Translations under genes and position numbers: made by a program
Origin: Telmatocola sphagniphila
GTDB lineage: Bacteria > Planctomycetota > Planctomycetia > Gemmatales > Gemmataceae
NCBI RefSeq assembly: GCF_018398935.1
Contig: NZ_CP074694.1
Span: forward strand, 3,780,001-3,812,000
Length of the DNA: 32,000 nt
Direction: 5' to 3'
Part shown: one piece after another, positions 17,255-25,546 of the stretch
Layout: every line of letters begins with the position of its first letter
Numbering within the stretch: position 1 is the stretch's first letter
Notes under the pieces: generated by a model
Told to the model about the DNA's origin: nothing
The model's input: the letters and a program-made list of their open reading frames with translations, nothing else
Database searches by the model: none

Positions 17255-17701
17255 TCAAGAGAATTTTACCAAAACGACGCCGGCTACGATCAATAACACA
17301 CCTAAAAGCCGTCCGGTGGTTACCGGATCCGGTTTCAGACCCATCAGTCCAAAATGGTCCAGAAGCAGGCTTGCGAGTAGTTGACCGCCGATTACGAAGG
17401 CCAGAAATCGGGCGGCTCCCAGTTGGCTGATGAGAAGGGTCCCGGAGAGTACGATCAGGCAACCCAGTGGACCGCCGATCCAGTTCCACCATTGGGTGGT
17501 TTTAAAAGCGTCGCTTTCCGGCACGTTTGGCCGGGTGATCAGCATGGTGATACAGGCGCACAAAAAAGTGCCGCAGATTGAAAGAAACGCGGCCCAAAGC
17601 GGTTCGTTGATGTTCTGGCGAAATTTTCCGTTCGCTGCGGCCTGAAAGGCGATGCAGATGCCAGCCCCCGCGGCCAGAGACATGAAAAATCCTTGATTCA
17701 T
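17255..17701 (-). CDS. DMT-superfamily membrane protein (YdcZ/DUF606-like)
   Basis: 148 aa and hydrophobic. FQAAANGKFRQNINEPLWAAFLSICGTF and GGPLG..LISQLGAA resemble the YdcZ family. Confidence 0.6.
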   Translation of the reverse strand: MNQGFFMSLAAGAGICIAFQAAANGKFRQNINEPLWAAFLSICGTFLCACITMLITRPNVPESDAFKTTQWWNWIGGPLGCLIVLSGTLLISQLGAARFLAFVIGGQLLASLLLDHFGLMGLKPDPVTTGRLLGVLLIVAGVVLVKFS

Positions 17702-17826
17702 GTAGCAATCCTAAAAAATTCTCTTTCGAACGATTCGTTTAGACTACTTCTTTTCTATCCGCCAGTCAGTCAATCCCGGTTCTTTTGGAATTTCCCGCGC
17801 GTAAGAATGGATCCCTTCCGCCGCTA

Positions 17827-17856
17827 CTGACTAATGCAGTCCTTGGTGTCTATAAT
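17827..17856 (+). promoter_or_regulatory. Candidate sigma70-type promoter for the ALDH/ADH operon
   Basis: CTGACT (17827-17832), an 18-nt spacer, then TATAAT (17851-17856), about 45 nt upstream of the ATG at 17901. Confidence 0.35.
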
Positions 17857-17900
17857 CTTTACAGAGTATCTTTTTCCCTCCGCTAAGTGACATTCGAAAT

Positions 17901-19328
17901 ATGATTCACATTCCCGCACTCCGACTGGGCAAACCCTACGTCAGCCTGGAAAAAACGACCCTGGTACATCATGTGACGGGCGAACCGGTGGCGGAGGTCA
18001 GCCAAGTTTCGGGAATCGCACTCAATCGCGATTTACCGAAAATGACTCAGGCGAAAAAAGAGCTGCAGGCCATTCCGGTCAAAGATCTGATTGGCATGTA
18101 TGCCAAGGCGGCCGACTATTTCGCCAAGGATACTCTGCCCGTCGGCGAATCTTCGCAAAGTTTCGATGATTACATTCGCTGTCTCTCTTCCACCACGGGG
18201 TCGCCCCAGGTCTTTTGCCGTCGCAATGCCGGGAAGGTGGAATACGTTCTGCGAAATGTGGAGGAAGTGATTGCCGGTTTGACTCGGGGTCTGGATCTGG
18301 CCGTGCTCGACAACGGCTATGCGATTCAAGGCGGCCGGATGCAGGCCTTCTACTCCACAACCGATAGTTTTGGGGCAATCCTGCCGAGTAATTCGCCCGG
18401 CGTGCATTCCTTGTGGGTGCCGGCAATTGCTTTGAAAACACCCCTGGTTCTGAAGCCAGGACGTGAAGAACCCTGGACCCCCTTCCGCGTGCTGCAGGCG
18501 CTTCTGAAAGCGGGTATTCCCGCCAGCGCTTTGAACTTCTACCCCACCGATCATGCCGGAGCGGGAGACATTCTTCGCGGCACCGGACGAAGCATGCTGT
18601 TCGGAGATGCCCGCACCACCGATGCCTACAAAAACGATCACCGCGTGGAATTGCACGGTCCGGGATTCAGCAAAATCCTGATCGGCGATGACATGGTGGA
18701 CAAGTGGGAACAGTACATCGATGTGATGGTCGAATGTATCGCGGCCAATGGCGGACGCAGCTGCATCAACGTCTCGGCGGTCTGGACTCCCAAACATGGT
18801 AGGGCGATTGCCGAGGCCCTGTCCAAGAAACTCTGTGAGATCAAAGCCCGTCCGTGGGATGATCCCGAAGCCGCTCTGGCCGCCTTCGCCAATCCCGACG
18901 TCGGCGTAGCTATCTCCGGTATGGTGGATGAAGGGTTGAAGACTCCGGGAGCGGAAGACGTGACCGAGCGAATCCGCGGTACCCCCCGGCTGGTGCGCGA
19001 AGGTCGCTGCGCCTGGATTCTGCCGGCGATCATTTATTGCGACAACTACACCCACCCGCTGGCCAACAAGGAATTTTTATTCCCCTATTCCAGCGTGCTG
19101 GAATGCCCTCAAGCCGATATGCTGAAGAGAATAGGGCCATCACTAGCGGTCATGGCCCTGACCGAGAATCCGGCATTTATTCGCCAATTGTTGGATTCGA
19201 ACCAGATTGAACGTCTGAATATTGGTGCGCTGCCCACCAACCGCCTGACCTGGGATCAACCCCACGAAGGGAATTTGTTCACGCACCTGTATCGACAGAG
19301 AGCTCTCCAGTTGTCGAAAGTCGAATAA
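17901..19328 (+). CDS. Aldehyde dehydrogenase superfamily protein (possibly acylating/EutE-like; substrate unknown)
   Basis: VELHGPGFSK corresponds to the ELGGK motif. ANGGRSCINVSAVW carries the catalytic-Cys motif. The size of 475 aa fits the family. Confidence 0.7.
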   Translation: MIHIPALRLGKPYVSLEKTTLVHHVTGEPVAEVSQVSGIALNRDLPKMTQAKKELQAIPVKDLIGMYAKAADYFAKDTLPVGESSQSFDDYIRCLSSTTGSPQVFCRRNAGKVEYVLRNVEEVIAGLTRGLDLAVLDNGYAIQGGRMQAFYSTTDSFGAILPSNSPGVHSLWVPAIALKTPLVLKPGREEPWTPFRVLQALLKAGIPASALNFYPTDHAGAGDILRGTGRSMLFGDARTTDAYKNDHRVELHGPGFSKILIGDDMVDKWEQYIDVMVECIAANGGRSCINVSAVWTPKHGRAIAEALSKKLCEIKARPWDDPEAALAAFANPDVGVAISGMVDEGLKTPGAEDVTERIRGTPRLVREGRCAWILPAIIYCDNYTHPLANKEFLFPYSSVLECPQADMLKRIGPSLAVMALTENPAFIRQLLDSNQIERLNIGALPTNRLTWDQPHEGNLFTHLYRQRALQLSKVE

Positions 19329-19378
19329 ATCTGAACCTCACTCGAACTGATCGCTGGAGACGCGGTTTTTCTTTCCTC

Positions 19379-20506
19379 ATGATTCCATTCGACTTTCAAC
19401 CGATTAACCGCGTTATCTTCGGCCCAGGAACGCTCGCCCGCATTGGCGAGCTGTGTACCGAGCAAGGGGGAAAGCGCATCTTGCTGGTTACCGATCCGGG
19501 CTTGGAAAAAGCCGGCCATCCCCAGCGCGCCAAATCTTTCATTGAAGCCGCCGGGCTGCCAGTCTTCGTATTCGATCTAGTCAAAGAAAATCCTACCAAT
19601 GCGGATGTGCAACTGGGCACCCGCTTTGCCCGCGAACAGAATATCGACCTGATCGTGGCCGTCGGCGGCGGCAGCACCATGGATTGTGCCAAAGGGATCA
19701 ACTTCATTTTGACCAATGGCGGCAATATGGCCGATTACAAAGGTCAGGGTAAAGCCAAGAAGCCGATGTTGCCTTCCATTGGCATCCCCACCACATCGGG
19801 CACCGGCAGCGAAGCTCAGTGCTATGCATTGATTACCGACGATAGCTCCCATCTGAAAATGGCCTGCGGAGATAAAAAAGCGGCTTTTCGCGTCAGCATT
19901 CTCGATCCGGAACTGACGCTTTCCCAACCGCGCGGCGTGACCGCCGCGACGGGGATCGATGCAATCGCTCATGCGATCGAATCGTTCGTCTGCAAAAAGG
20001 CGACTCCGTTCAGCCAGCTGTATTCGCGCTCGGCCTGGCAGTATCTCGTGCACAATCTGGAAGAAGTTTTAAGAAATCCGGGCAATCTGGATGCGCGGGC
20101 CGCGATGCAACTCGGATCTCACTTCGCCGGCGTAGCCATCGAAAATGCCATGCTCGGAATATGCCACTCCTGCGCCAATCCCCTGACGGCCCACTATGGC
20201 ATCACTCACGGAGTGGCGATTGGTCTGCTATTGCCTCATGTGATTCGCTTCAATTCCAGCGTCTGCTCCCGGCATTTTGAAATTTTGGCACGGGATATCG
20301 ACGAAAAATCGGCGGCGGATGTGGCCGAGAAAATTTCCGAATTGGTGGCTTTTTGCGGCCAGCCGAACCGGCTGCGCGACTGCGGGGTCAGTGAATCGAT
20401 TCTGCCGTTACTGGCCATCGAGGCCAACGAGCAGTGGACGGCCAGATTCAATCCCCGCGAAGTTACCGAAAAAGAACTCCTGCAGGTTCTGCAGTCGGCC
20501 TGGTGA
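19379..20506 (+). CDS. Iron-containing (group III) alcohol dehydrogenase
   Basis: Has the GGGSTMDCAKG glycine motif and the His-rich metal site (..IDAIAHAIES.., ..CHSCANPLTAHYGITHG..). Confidence 0.88.
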   Translation: MIPFDFQPINRVIFGPGTLARIGELCTEQGGKRILLVTDPGLEKAGHPQRAKSFIEAAGLPVFVFDLVKENPTNADVQLGTRFAREQNIDLIVAVGGGSTMDCAKGINFILTNGGNMADYKGQGKAKKPMLPSIGIPTTSGTGSEAQCYALITDDSSHLKMACGDKKAAFRVSILDPELTLSQPRGVTAATGIDAIAHAIESFVCKKATPFSQLYSRSAWQYLVHNLEEVLRNPGNLDARAAMQLGSHFAGVAIENAMLGICHSCANPLTAHYGITHGVAIGLLLPHVIRFNSSVCSRHFEILARDIDEKSAADVAEKISELVAFCGQPNRLRDCGVSESILPLLAIEANEQWTARFNPREVTEKELLQVLQSAW

Positions 20507-20520
20507 AATTTGCTGAATTT

Positions 20521-20577
20521 TCAAAAGAAAAAACAAAAAAAAGAAGAGGCCTTCGCTTTGACACGAAAACCTCTTCT
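20521..20577 (-). terminator. Intrinsic terminator oriented for a minus-strand transcript
   Basis: The stem pairs 20542-20549 (agaagagg) with 20570-20577 (cctcttct), plus an inner ttcg/cgaa pairing. On the minus strand it is followed by T8-G-T6-C-T4 (20541..20521). On the + strand it is followed by cagattt, which gives no U-tract. Confidence 0.65.
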
Positions 20578-20750
20578 CAGATTTGGGCGGCTGCACCGAC
20601 GCAGCCCGTCGGCGGTGTCAATACAGCCGCTTTCGTTGGTCACCTATATTCACGGATCACCTCCTTTGGCAGAGAACCCGCGGAATCGGCTCCTGATAAC
20701 CTCGGAACCTATCCGCCTCTAGCCCGTTGCGCCACGTTAACGCAACCCAC
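20525..20750 (-). ncRNA. Candidate structured small RNA of about 225 nt, family unknown; may encode an 11-aa micro-ORF (20618..20653)
   Basis: It is bounded by a near-consensus minus-strand promoter and the terminator above. Hairpins lie at 20726-20746, 20680-20716 and 20587-20630. There is no CDS on this strand. It contains AAGGAGGUGAUCC followed by GUG. Confidence 0.35.
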
Positions 20751-20756
20751 ATCTAT

Positions 20757-20785
20757 ATATTAACCGCCAACGGATTTGATCTCAA
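20757..20785 (-). promoter_or_regulatory. Candidate sigma70-type promoter (minus strand)
   Basis: On the minus strand: TTGAGA (20785..20780), a 17-nt spacer, then TAATAT (20762..20757). Confidence 0.4.
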
Positions 20786-20827
20786 GACGTTTTAACCACA
20801 AACGCTCAAAAAAGGAGGATATCCACC

Positions 20828-21649
20828 ATGGTATTTCTGTACCCGTTGGTATTCGCGCTCGCCCTTCCCCAACCGATTCAGGCCAGAGCCAAGGAATCGA
20901 ATCTCAAACTCACCAACAACCGTCTGACATACGGCGAATTCGGAGCCACTCGCACCGATAGCCGGTATCTGCCGGGCGATGCCTTCTGTTTCGCTTTCGA
21001 AATCGAAGGTATTAAATCCGATGAATCAGGTAAAGTCAGCTTCACCATGGGTATGGAGCTTACCGATTCGAAAGGCAAGGAAGTATTTAAACAGGCCCCC
21101 GTCGATCGCGAGGAATATCTCACACTCGGAGGCAATCGACTCCCCGCCCGGGCCTTCGTGCGGTTGGGCATGACGCAATTGCCGGGAACGTACACCTGTA
21201 AAATCACGATTTTCGACCGGGCGACCGGCGACCGCAAATCGATCGAACAGAAGTTCGAAGTCTTGTCCAAGAATTTGGGTATAATTAACGTGTTGTACTC
21301 TTCCGATCAGGAAGGGGCGGTTTCGCTGGCTCCGGTGGGCGTGGCCGGGCAAACCTACTGGCTGCAATGTTCCGTCGTCGGTTTCGAGCGCAATCCGCTG
21401 AAGAAACTGCCCGATCTCGACATTGAAATGACTGCGTTTGAAAAGGGCAAGCAGTTGCTTCAAAAGCCGATTATGATCGGCATCAACGACAAGGTCGGGC
21501 CGACCGATGAAATACTTCCCGTGCAGTTTCTGGTTCCGCTCAGTCGGCCGGGAGATTTCACCATTGAGTTGAAGGTTACCGATAAAGTGTCTAAGAAGGT
21601 TAATAAGGTGACGCTGCCACTGAAAGTGTTGAGCGCAACAGATCGATAA
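20828..21649 (+). CDS. Secreted hypothetical protein with two Ig-like/beta-sandwich-looking halves; first gene of a five-gene operon
   Basis: Strong RBS (AAAGGAGGAT, 7 nt from the ATG). It has a short hydrophobic N-terminus. Two segments of about 125 aa each end in a ...G(T/D)(Y/F)T..(I/L)...D.....K......(V/L) pattern. Confidence 0.55.
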   Translation: MVFLYPLVFALALPQPIQARAKESNLKLTNNRLTYGEFGATRTDSRYLPGDAFCFAFEIEGIKSDESGKVSFTMGMELTDSKGKEVFKQAPVDREEYLTLGGNRLPARAFVRLGMTQLPGTYTCKITIFDRATGDRKSIEQKFEVLSKNLGIINVLYSSDQEGAVSLAPVGVAGQTYWLQCSVVGFERNPLKKLPDLDIEMTAFEKGKQLLQKPIMIGINDKVGPTDEILPVQFLVPLSRPGDFTIELKVTDKVSKKVNKVTLPLKVLSATDR

Positions 21650-21674
21650 AGCAAAAAAATCCCCGAGAAGAGAT

Positions 21675-22298
21675 ATGAGCCAGTTGAGTGAACGCATCGC
21701 CCAGTTTCAGAAGATGACCAACGACGACCCCGACAATGAATTGGGGCACTTTCGGTTAGGTCAGCTTTACATGGAAGCTGAGGATTTCGAAAAGGCAATC
21801 GAGTCTTTCAATCGAACTCTGGAGATCAGCCCGCAATTTTCCAAAGTTTACCAGCTGCTTTCGGACTGCCTGATCAAGCTCGACCGCCAAGAGGAAGCCG
21901 TCAGCAAGCTCACCGAAGGATGGAAGATCGCCGACGAACGGGGCGATAAGATGCCTCGCGATGCGATGGGCGACATGCTGAAAAAGCTGAACGCCCCCGT
22001 TCCTCAGGTGCAGAAAAAAGATGCTTATGATGGTCCCGACACCGGTTTTCGCTGCCAGCGGCCGACCTGTATGGCAGGCCGCGGCGCCCGGCAGTTAGCC
22101 CGGCCGCCGATACCCGATGAAATCGGGAAGCGTATCTACCGCGAAATCTGCTCGGAATGCTGGGAAGAGTGGTTCAAAAATTACAGCGTGAAGGTCATTA
22201 ACGAAACTCGTATCGATCTTTCAACCGAATACGGCCAGGAAGAATACGATAAATACATGCGAAGCTTCTTGGGCTTCGAAGAACCGGCGGGAGTCTAA
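21675..22298 (+). CDS. TPR-like N-terminal domain fused to a YggX-like Fe(2+)-trafficking / oxidative-damage-protection domain
   Basis: The C-terminal FRCQRPTCM..RPPIPDEIGKRIYREICSECWEEWFKNYSVKVINETRIDLSTEYGQEEYDKYMRSFLGFE parallels E. coli YggX (..FC..[38 protein letters not shown]..FLF). The N-terminal HFRLGQLYMEAEDFEKAIESFNRTLEISP is TPR-like. Confidence 0.7.
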   Translation: MSQLSERIAQFQKMTNDDPDNELGHFRLGQLYMEAEDFEKAIESFNRTLEISPQFSKVYQLLSDCLIKLDRQEEAVSKLTEGWKIADERGDKMPRDAMGDMLKKLNAPVPQVQKKDAYDGPDTGFRCQRPTCMAGRGARQLARPPIPDEIGKRIYREICSECWEEWFKNYSVKVINETRIDLSTEYGQEEYDKYMRSFLGFEEPAGV

Positions 22299-22337
22299 AT
22301 TACCACTTCCATCGAGCCGGCGAATTCTGAGCCAATC

Positions 22338-22991
22338 ATGAACCCTCGCTACATCATTTCTTTCGGGAAGTCTGCCTTCGTAGGGGTCTTCCCGGCCTCA
22401 CCCGATTGCATGGCACCCATTCCTCGCGAAACTTCCGTCGTCCTTCAGACGGAACGGGGCTTAGAATACGGCCTGGTACTGGGTACGAGCGATGCCCCCG
22501 CCACTGCCCAGCGACTTCTCCTGCGCCCTTTTAACGAACAAGACGAGCGGAAGAAAATCTCCATCGAAGCTCGCGAAAAGGAACTGTTTAGTCCGATTTC
22601 CGAGTGGTGCAATCAGGTGTTGCCCAGCCGGATTCTTCTCGATGTCGAACTCCTTTTCGATGATGAAACCGTCCTGTTGTTCGGATTCTGGAGCGAAGCC
22701 GATCTCACCGAAGAACTCATATCGAGTTTCGCCCAATGCATTCGAATGAAGCCGCTGTTTTACGATGTGCAGTCGGAACTGATCGTCGAAAAACAACCGG
22801 CAGGCTGCGGAAAAGAAGGCTGCGGCAGCTCCGGGGGCGGTTGCTCATCCTGTGGCGACGGCAAATCGGGCTGTTCGAGCGGGTCCTGCTCCCGGGGCAG
22901 CGTTAAGGATCCGGAAGAATTCAAAGACTATCTTCTGAAACTCCGGGAAAAAATGGTCTCCTCGCCGCCGCGCACACCGCTGCTAGGATAG
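22338..22991 (+). CDS. RicT/YaaT (PSP1)-like protein with a divergent Cys/Gly/Ser-rich C-terminus
   Basis: VVLQTERGLEYGLVL and LLDVELLFDDETVLLFGFWSEADLTEELISSFAQCI parallel B. subtilis YaaT (VIVETVRGVEYGQVV; LVDVEYTFDRNKVIFYFTADGRVDFRELVKDLASIF). The usual PSP1 Cys motifs are replaced by GCGKEGCGSSGGGCSSCGDGKSGCSSGSC (nt 22806-22889). Confidence 0.5.
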   Translation: MNPRYIISFGKSAFVGVFPASPDCMAPIPRETSVVLQTERGLEYGLVLGTSDAPATAQRLLLRPFNEQDERKKISIEAREKELFSPISEWCNQVLPSRILLDVELLFDDETVLLFGFWSEADLTEELISSFAQCIRMKPLFYDVQSELIVEKQPAGCGKEGCGSSGGGCSSCGDGKSGCSSGSCSRGSVKDPEEFKDYLLKLREKMVSSPPRTPLLG

Positions 22992-23056
22992 TTTTGAACC
23001 AGCGATTCGACTTGGTTCGGATGGGAACGTCATTATTCACTTACGGGATCGGCACT

Positions 23057-24178
23057 ATGCGCATTTGGTTGGCCGGTTTGATCGTCGGCGTGGGTACTTC
23101 TACTGGCTTCTCCGCGGAGCCGGTGTCGAAGGAAACCCTGCAAAGAATTCAATCCCTCGGCAAAGAGGGAGTGGGAAACAAAGAAGCGGCCCTGGCCTGG
23201 CAACAGATTGTGGCTGCCGGACCGGAAGCGATTATCCCCGTTCTAAATGTCTACGATTCTTCGAGTGTGATTGCCCGCAACTGGCTGCGCACGGCGATTG
23301 ATGCCATTCTGGAAAAGCCGTTGCCCACGGAAGAATGGATCAAAAATTTCGAAACCTACCTGATGGATAATCAGCATGGACCGGCCGCCCGCAAGCTGGC
23401 CTACGACGGTTTGAAACGACTCGATCCGAAATCTCCCGAACGCGTCCTGCCGAAGCTGTTGAACGACCGCAACGTGGATATCCGCCGCGATGCCTTGTCG
23501 GCCGAACTGGAAAAAGTCGAAAAGAAGAAACCGACTGGGGACGAAGCCAAAAAGCTTTATGCCGAACTCTTTGCACTGAGCCGGGATGAAGATCAGGTCG
23601 AATCGATCGGCAAGAAATTGAAGGATCTGGGAGTCGAAGTCAACTACCAGAAACACCTGGGAATCCTCGCGGAATGGCAACTCCTCGGACCCTTCGACGG
23701 CAAGGAAGGCAAAGCGTACGCTGAAGTCTTGGAACCGGAGAAGAAGCTGGATCTTACCGCGAAGCCGATGGGTAAGGAAGGCAAGCCGATCGAATGGAAA
23801 GTGTTCAACACCAAAGACAACTTCGGCGTCGTCGATCTGAATAAAGCCATCGGCAAATTCAAGCATGCCGTGGCCTTTGCCTATGTGAATGTGGAAGTGG
23901 AGAAAGATCAAATCGCCGATTTGCGATTTGGCTCGATCACGGCTCTGCGGGTGTTTCTCAACGGCAAGGAAATCTTTGCCAACGAAGAATATCACCATGG
24001 CCAGAAGTTCGATCAATATGTGGTGAAAGTGCCCCTGAAAGCCGGCAAGAATGACCTGCTGGTGAAAGTCGTGCAGAACGACATGAAAGAGCCCTGGGCT
24101 CAGGACTGGCAGTATCAAATGCGCTTGTGCGACGACACCGGCGGCGCCATCGCTTTCAAAACCTCCACCCAAAAATAA
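23057..24178 (+). CDS. Secreted protein with a helical-repeat (HEAT-like) N-terminus and a beta-sandwich-like C-terminus
   Basis: The track start at 22994 is TTG. The ATG at 23057 gives a clean signal peptide (MRIWLAGLIVGVGTSTGFSAEP). The domain calls are impressionistic. Confidence 0.5.
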   Translation: MRIWLAGLIVGVGTSTGFSAEPVSKETLQRIQSLGKEGVGNKEAALAWQQIVAAGPEAIIPVLNVYDSSSVIARNWLRTAIDAILEKPLPTEEWIKNFETYLMDNQHGPAARKLAYDGLKRLDPKSPERVLPKLLNDRNVDIRRDALSAELEKVEKKKPTGDEAKKLYAELFALSRDEDQVESIGKKLKDLGVEVNYQKHLGILAEWQLLGPFDGKEGKAYAEVLEPEKKLDLTAKPMGKEGKPIEWKVFNTKDNFGVVDLNKAIGKFKHAVAFAYVNVEVEKDQIADLRFGSITALRVFLNGKEIFANEEYHHGQKFDQYVVKVPLKAGKNDLLVKVVQNDMKEPWAQDWQYQMRLCDDTGGAIAFKTSTQK

Positions 24179-24202
24179 TTCGCATAAATCAGGATAGTAC
24201 CC

Positions 24203-25411
24203 ATGCTTAAATTCGGATTTGTATTGGCCGGCTCGCTGGTTTTATCCGCGGGTTTATCGGCTCAGGATTGGCCGCAATTTCGCGGTCCCAACTTCAGCGG
24301 CGTCTCCCTCGAGAAAAAAGCCCTTCCCGCCAGCTGGAGCGAAAAGGAAAACATTCTCTGGAAAACGCCGCTGGAACAACGCGGCGTCTCTTCCCCGGTC
24401 GTTTTCGACGATCGCATCTATCTCACCGCAAACTCCGGCTTTCGACTCGACAAACTGCATGTGCTCTGCCTGGACAAGAAAACCGGCAAAATTCTTTGGC
24501 AGCGCGAACTGACCGCGACCGGTAACACCGGCTGTCATCCCAAGTCGAACATGTCGGCACCAACCCCAGTGGCGGATGCCAGCGGCGTATATGCTTTATT
24601 CGCTACGGGCGACCTCGCCGCTTTCGAAAAAGACGGAAAATTACGCTGGTATCGCTCGCTGGTTTCCGACTATCCGACCATCGGGAATCAAGTAGGCATG
24701 TCCTCCTCGCCCATCCTGGCTAACAACACGCTGGTGATTCCGATGGTCAATTCCGGCGAATCCTTCATCGCCGGGATCGATCCCCGTTATGGCAATAACA
24801 TCTGGAAAACCGAACGGGAGAAGGACACCAATTGGAGCACGCCCTTGACTGTCGCTTATAAGTCGGGCACTCAGGTCGTCATGATGGGCAAAAACGAAGT
24901 TGTGTCCTACAGTCCGGAGAGCGGTAAGGCTCTTTGGAAATTCCCTACGGGTTCCGCCGCCGCAGCTAGCCCCACGATAGCCGGAGATAAAATTCTGGTG
25001 CCTGCGGGCGGAGTGGTTGCCATCGCAATGGATGGGGCCGATAAGGCCAAGGAAGTCTGGAAGCAACAGAAACTCTTCGCCGGTTACAGCTCGCCGGTTT
25101 TCTACGAAGATCGCGTTTACAACATCAGCGGTGCCGGTGTAATCGTCTGTGCCGATGCCAAGACGGGCAAAGACCTCTGGCAGGAACGGACCAAGACCAA
25201 AGGCAAATACTGGGCCTCGCCGATTGTGGGGGATGGCAAGCTTTACGTCTGTGCCGATGATGGCATCGTGACCGTGGCCAAGACGGGAGACAAACCGGAA
25301 ATTCTGGCGGTGAACGACATGAAGGACGAGATCATGGGCACCCCGGCGATTTCGGATGGTTGCATTTTCCTGCGGACAACGAAAGCGATGTATTGCATCG
25401 GGACGAAGTAG
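24203..25411 (+). CDS. Secreted PQQ-like beta-propeller repeat protein (paralog class of 14842..16158)
   Basis: A signal peptide is followed by QDWPQFRGPNFSG. It has repeated propeller blades (..A.D..TGK.LW..). Confidence 0.8.
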   Translation: MLKFGFVLAGSLVLSAGLSAQDWPQFRGPNFSGVSLEKKALPASWSEKENILWKTPLEQRGVSSPVVFDDRIYLTANSGFRLDKLHVLCLDKKTGKILWQRELTATGNTGCHPKSNMSAPTPVADASGVYALFATGDLAAFEKDGKLRWYRSLVSDYPTIGNQVGMSSSPILANNTLVIPMVNSGESFIAGIDPRYGNNIWKTEREKDTNWSTPLTVAYKSGTQVVMMGKNEVVSYSPESGKALWKFPTGSAAAASPTIAGDKILVPAGGVVAIAMDGADKAKEVWKQQKLFAGYSSPVFYEDRVYNISGAGVIVCADAKTGKDLWQERTKTKGKYWASPIVGDGKLYVCADDGIVTVAKTGDKPEILAVNDMKDEIMGTPAISDGCIFLRTTKAMYCIGTK

Positions 25412-25463
25412 CTATCAGCTATCAGCTATCAGCTATCAGCTATCAGCTATCAGCTATCAGCTA
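25410..25463. repeat. Perfect heptanucleotide tandem array, (TATCAGC)x7, starting inside the stop codon of 24203..25411
   Basis: The sequence is ..cgaagTAGC(TATCAGC)7TAAG. The seven exact units occupy 25413-25461. Confidence 0.95.
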
Positions 25464-25506
25464 AGAAATGATGATTTTCGCTGTCAAACTACGGTTAGGG
25501 AAACAG

Positions 25507-25537
25507 GGACAGGCACCTTTGGAGCCTGTCCTTTTTT
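25507..25537 (+). terminator. Intrinsic terminator of the five-gene operon
   Basis: ggacaggc (25507-25514) pairs with gcctgtcc (25524-25531) in an 8-bp GC-rich stem, followed by T6 (25532-25537). Confidence 0.8.
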
Positions 25538-25546
25538 AACTTTATA

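Noticed and set aside
18033-19055. 340-aa minus-strand ORF inside the ALDH gene
   Set aside because: It is antisense to a + strand gene with clear ALDH motifs and a good promoter and operon context. The translation is low-complexity.
17901-20506. ALDH + Fe-ADH pair considered as a bacterial microcompartment (EutE/EutG-like) locus
   Set aside because: There are no BMC shell (BMC-H/T/P) genes or signature enzymes anywhere in the window. The pair alone is insufficient.
20654-20666. Match to the 16S rRNA 3' end considered as an rRNA gene fragment
   Set aside because: Only 13 nt match. The flanking sequence has none of the conserved helix-45 or upstream 16S sequence.
23243-24172. 309-aa minus-strand ORF
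   Set aside because: It is antisense to the signal-peptide-bearing + strand gene within a tightly packed + strand operon. It has no start context or motifs.
25410-25463. Tandem repeat considered as a CRISPR array
   Set aside because: The units are 7 nt long and directly abutting, with no spacers. No cas genes are in the window. It is a microsatellite-type array.
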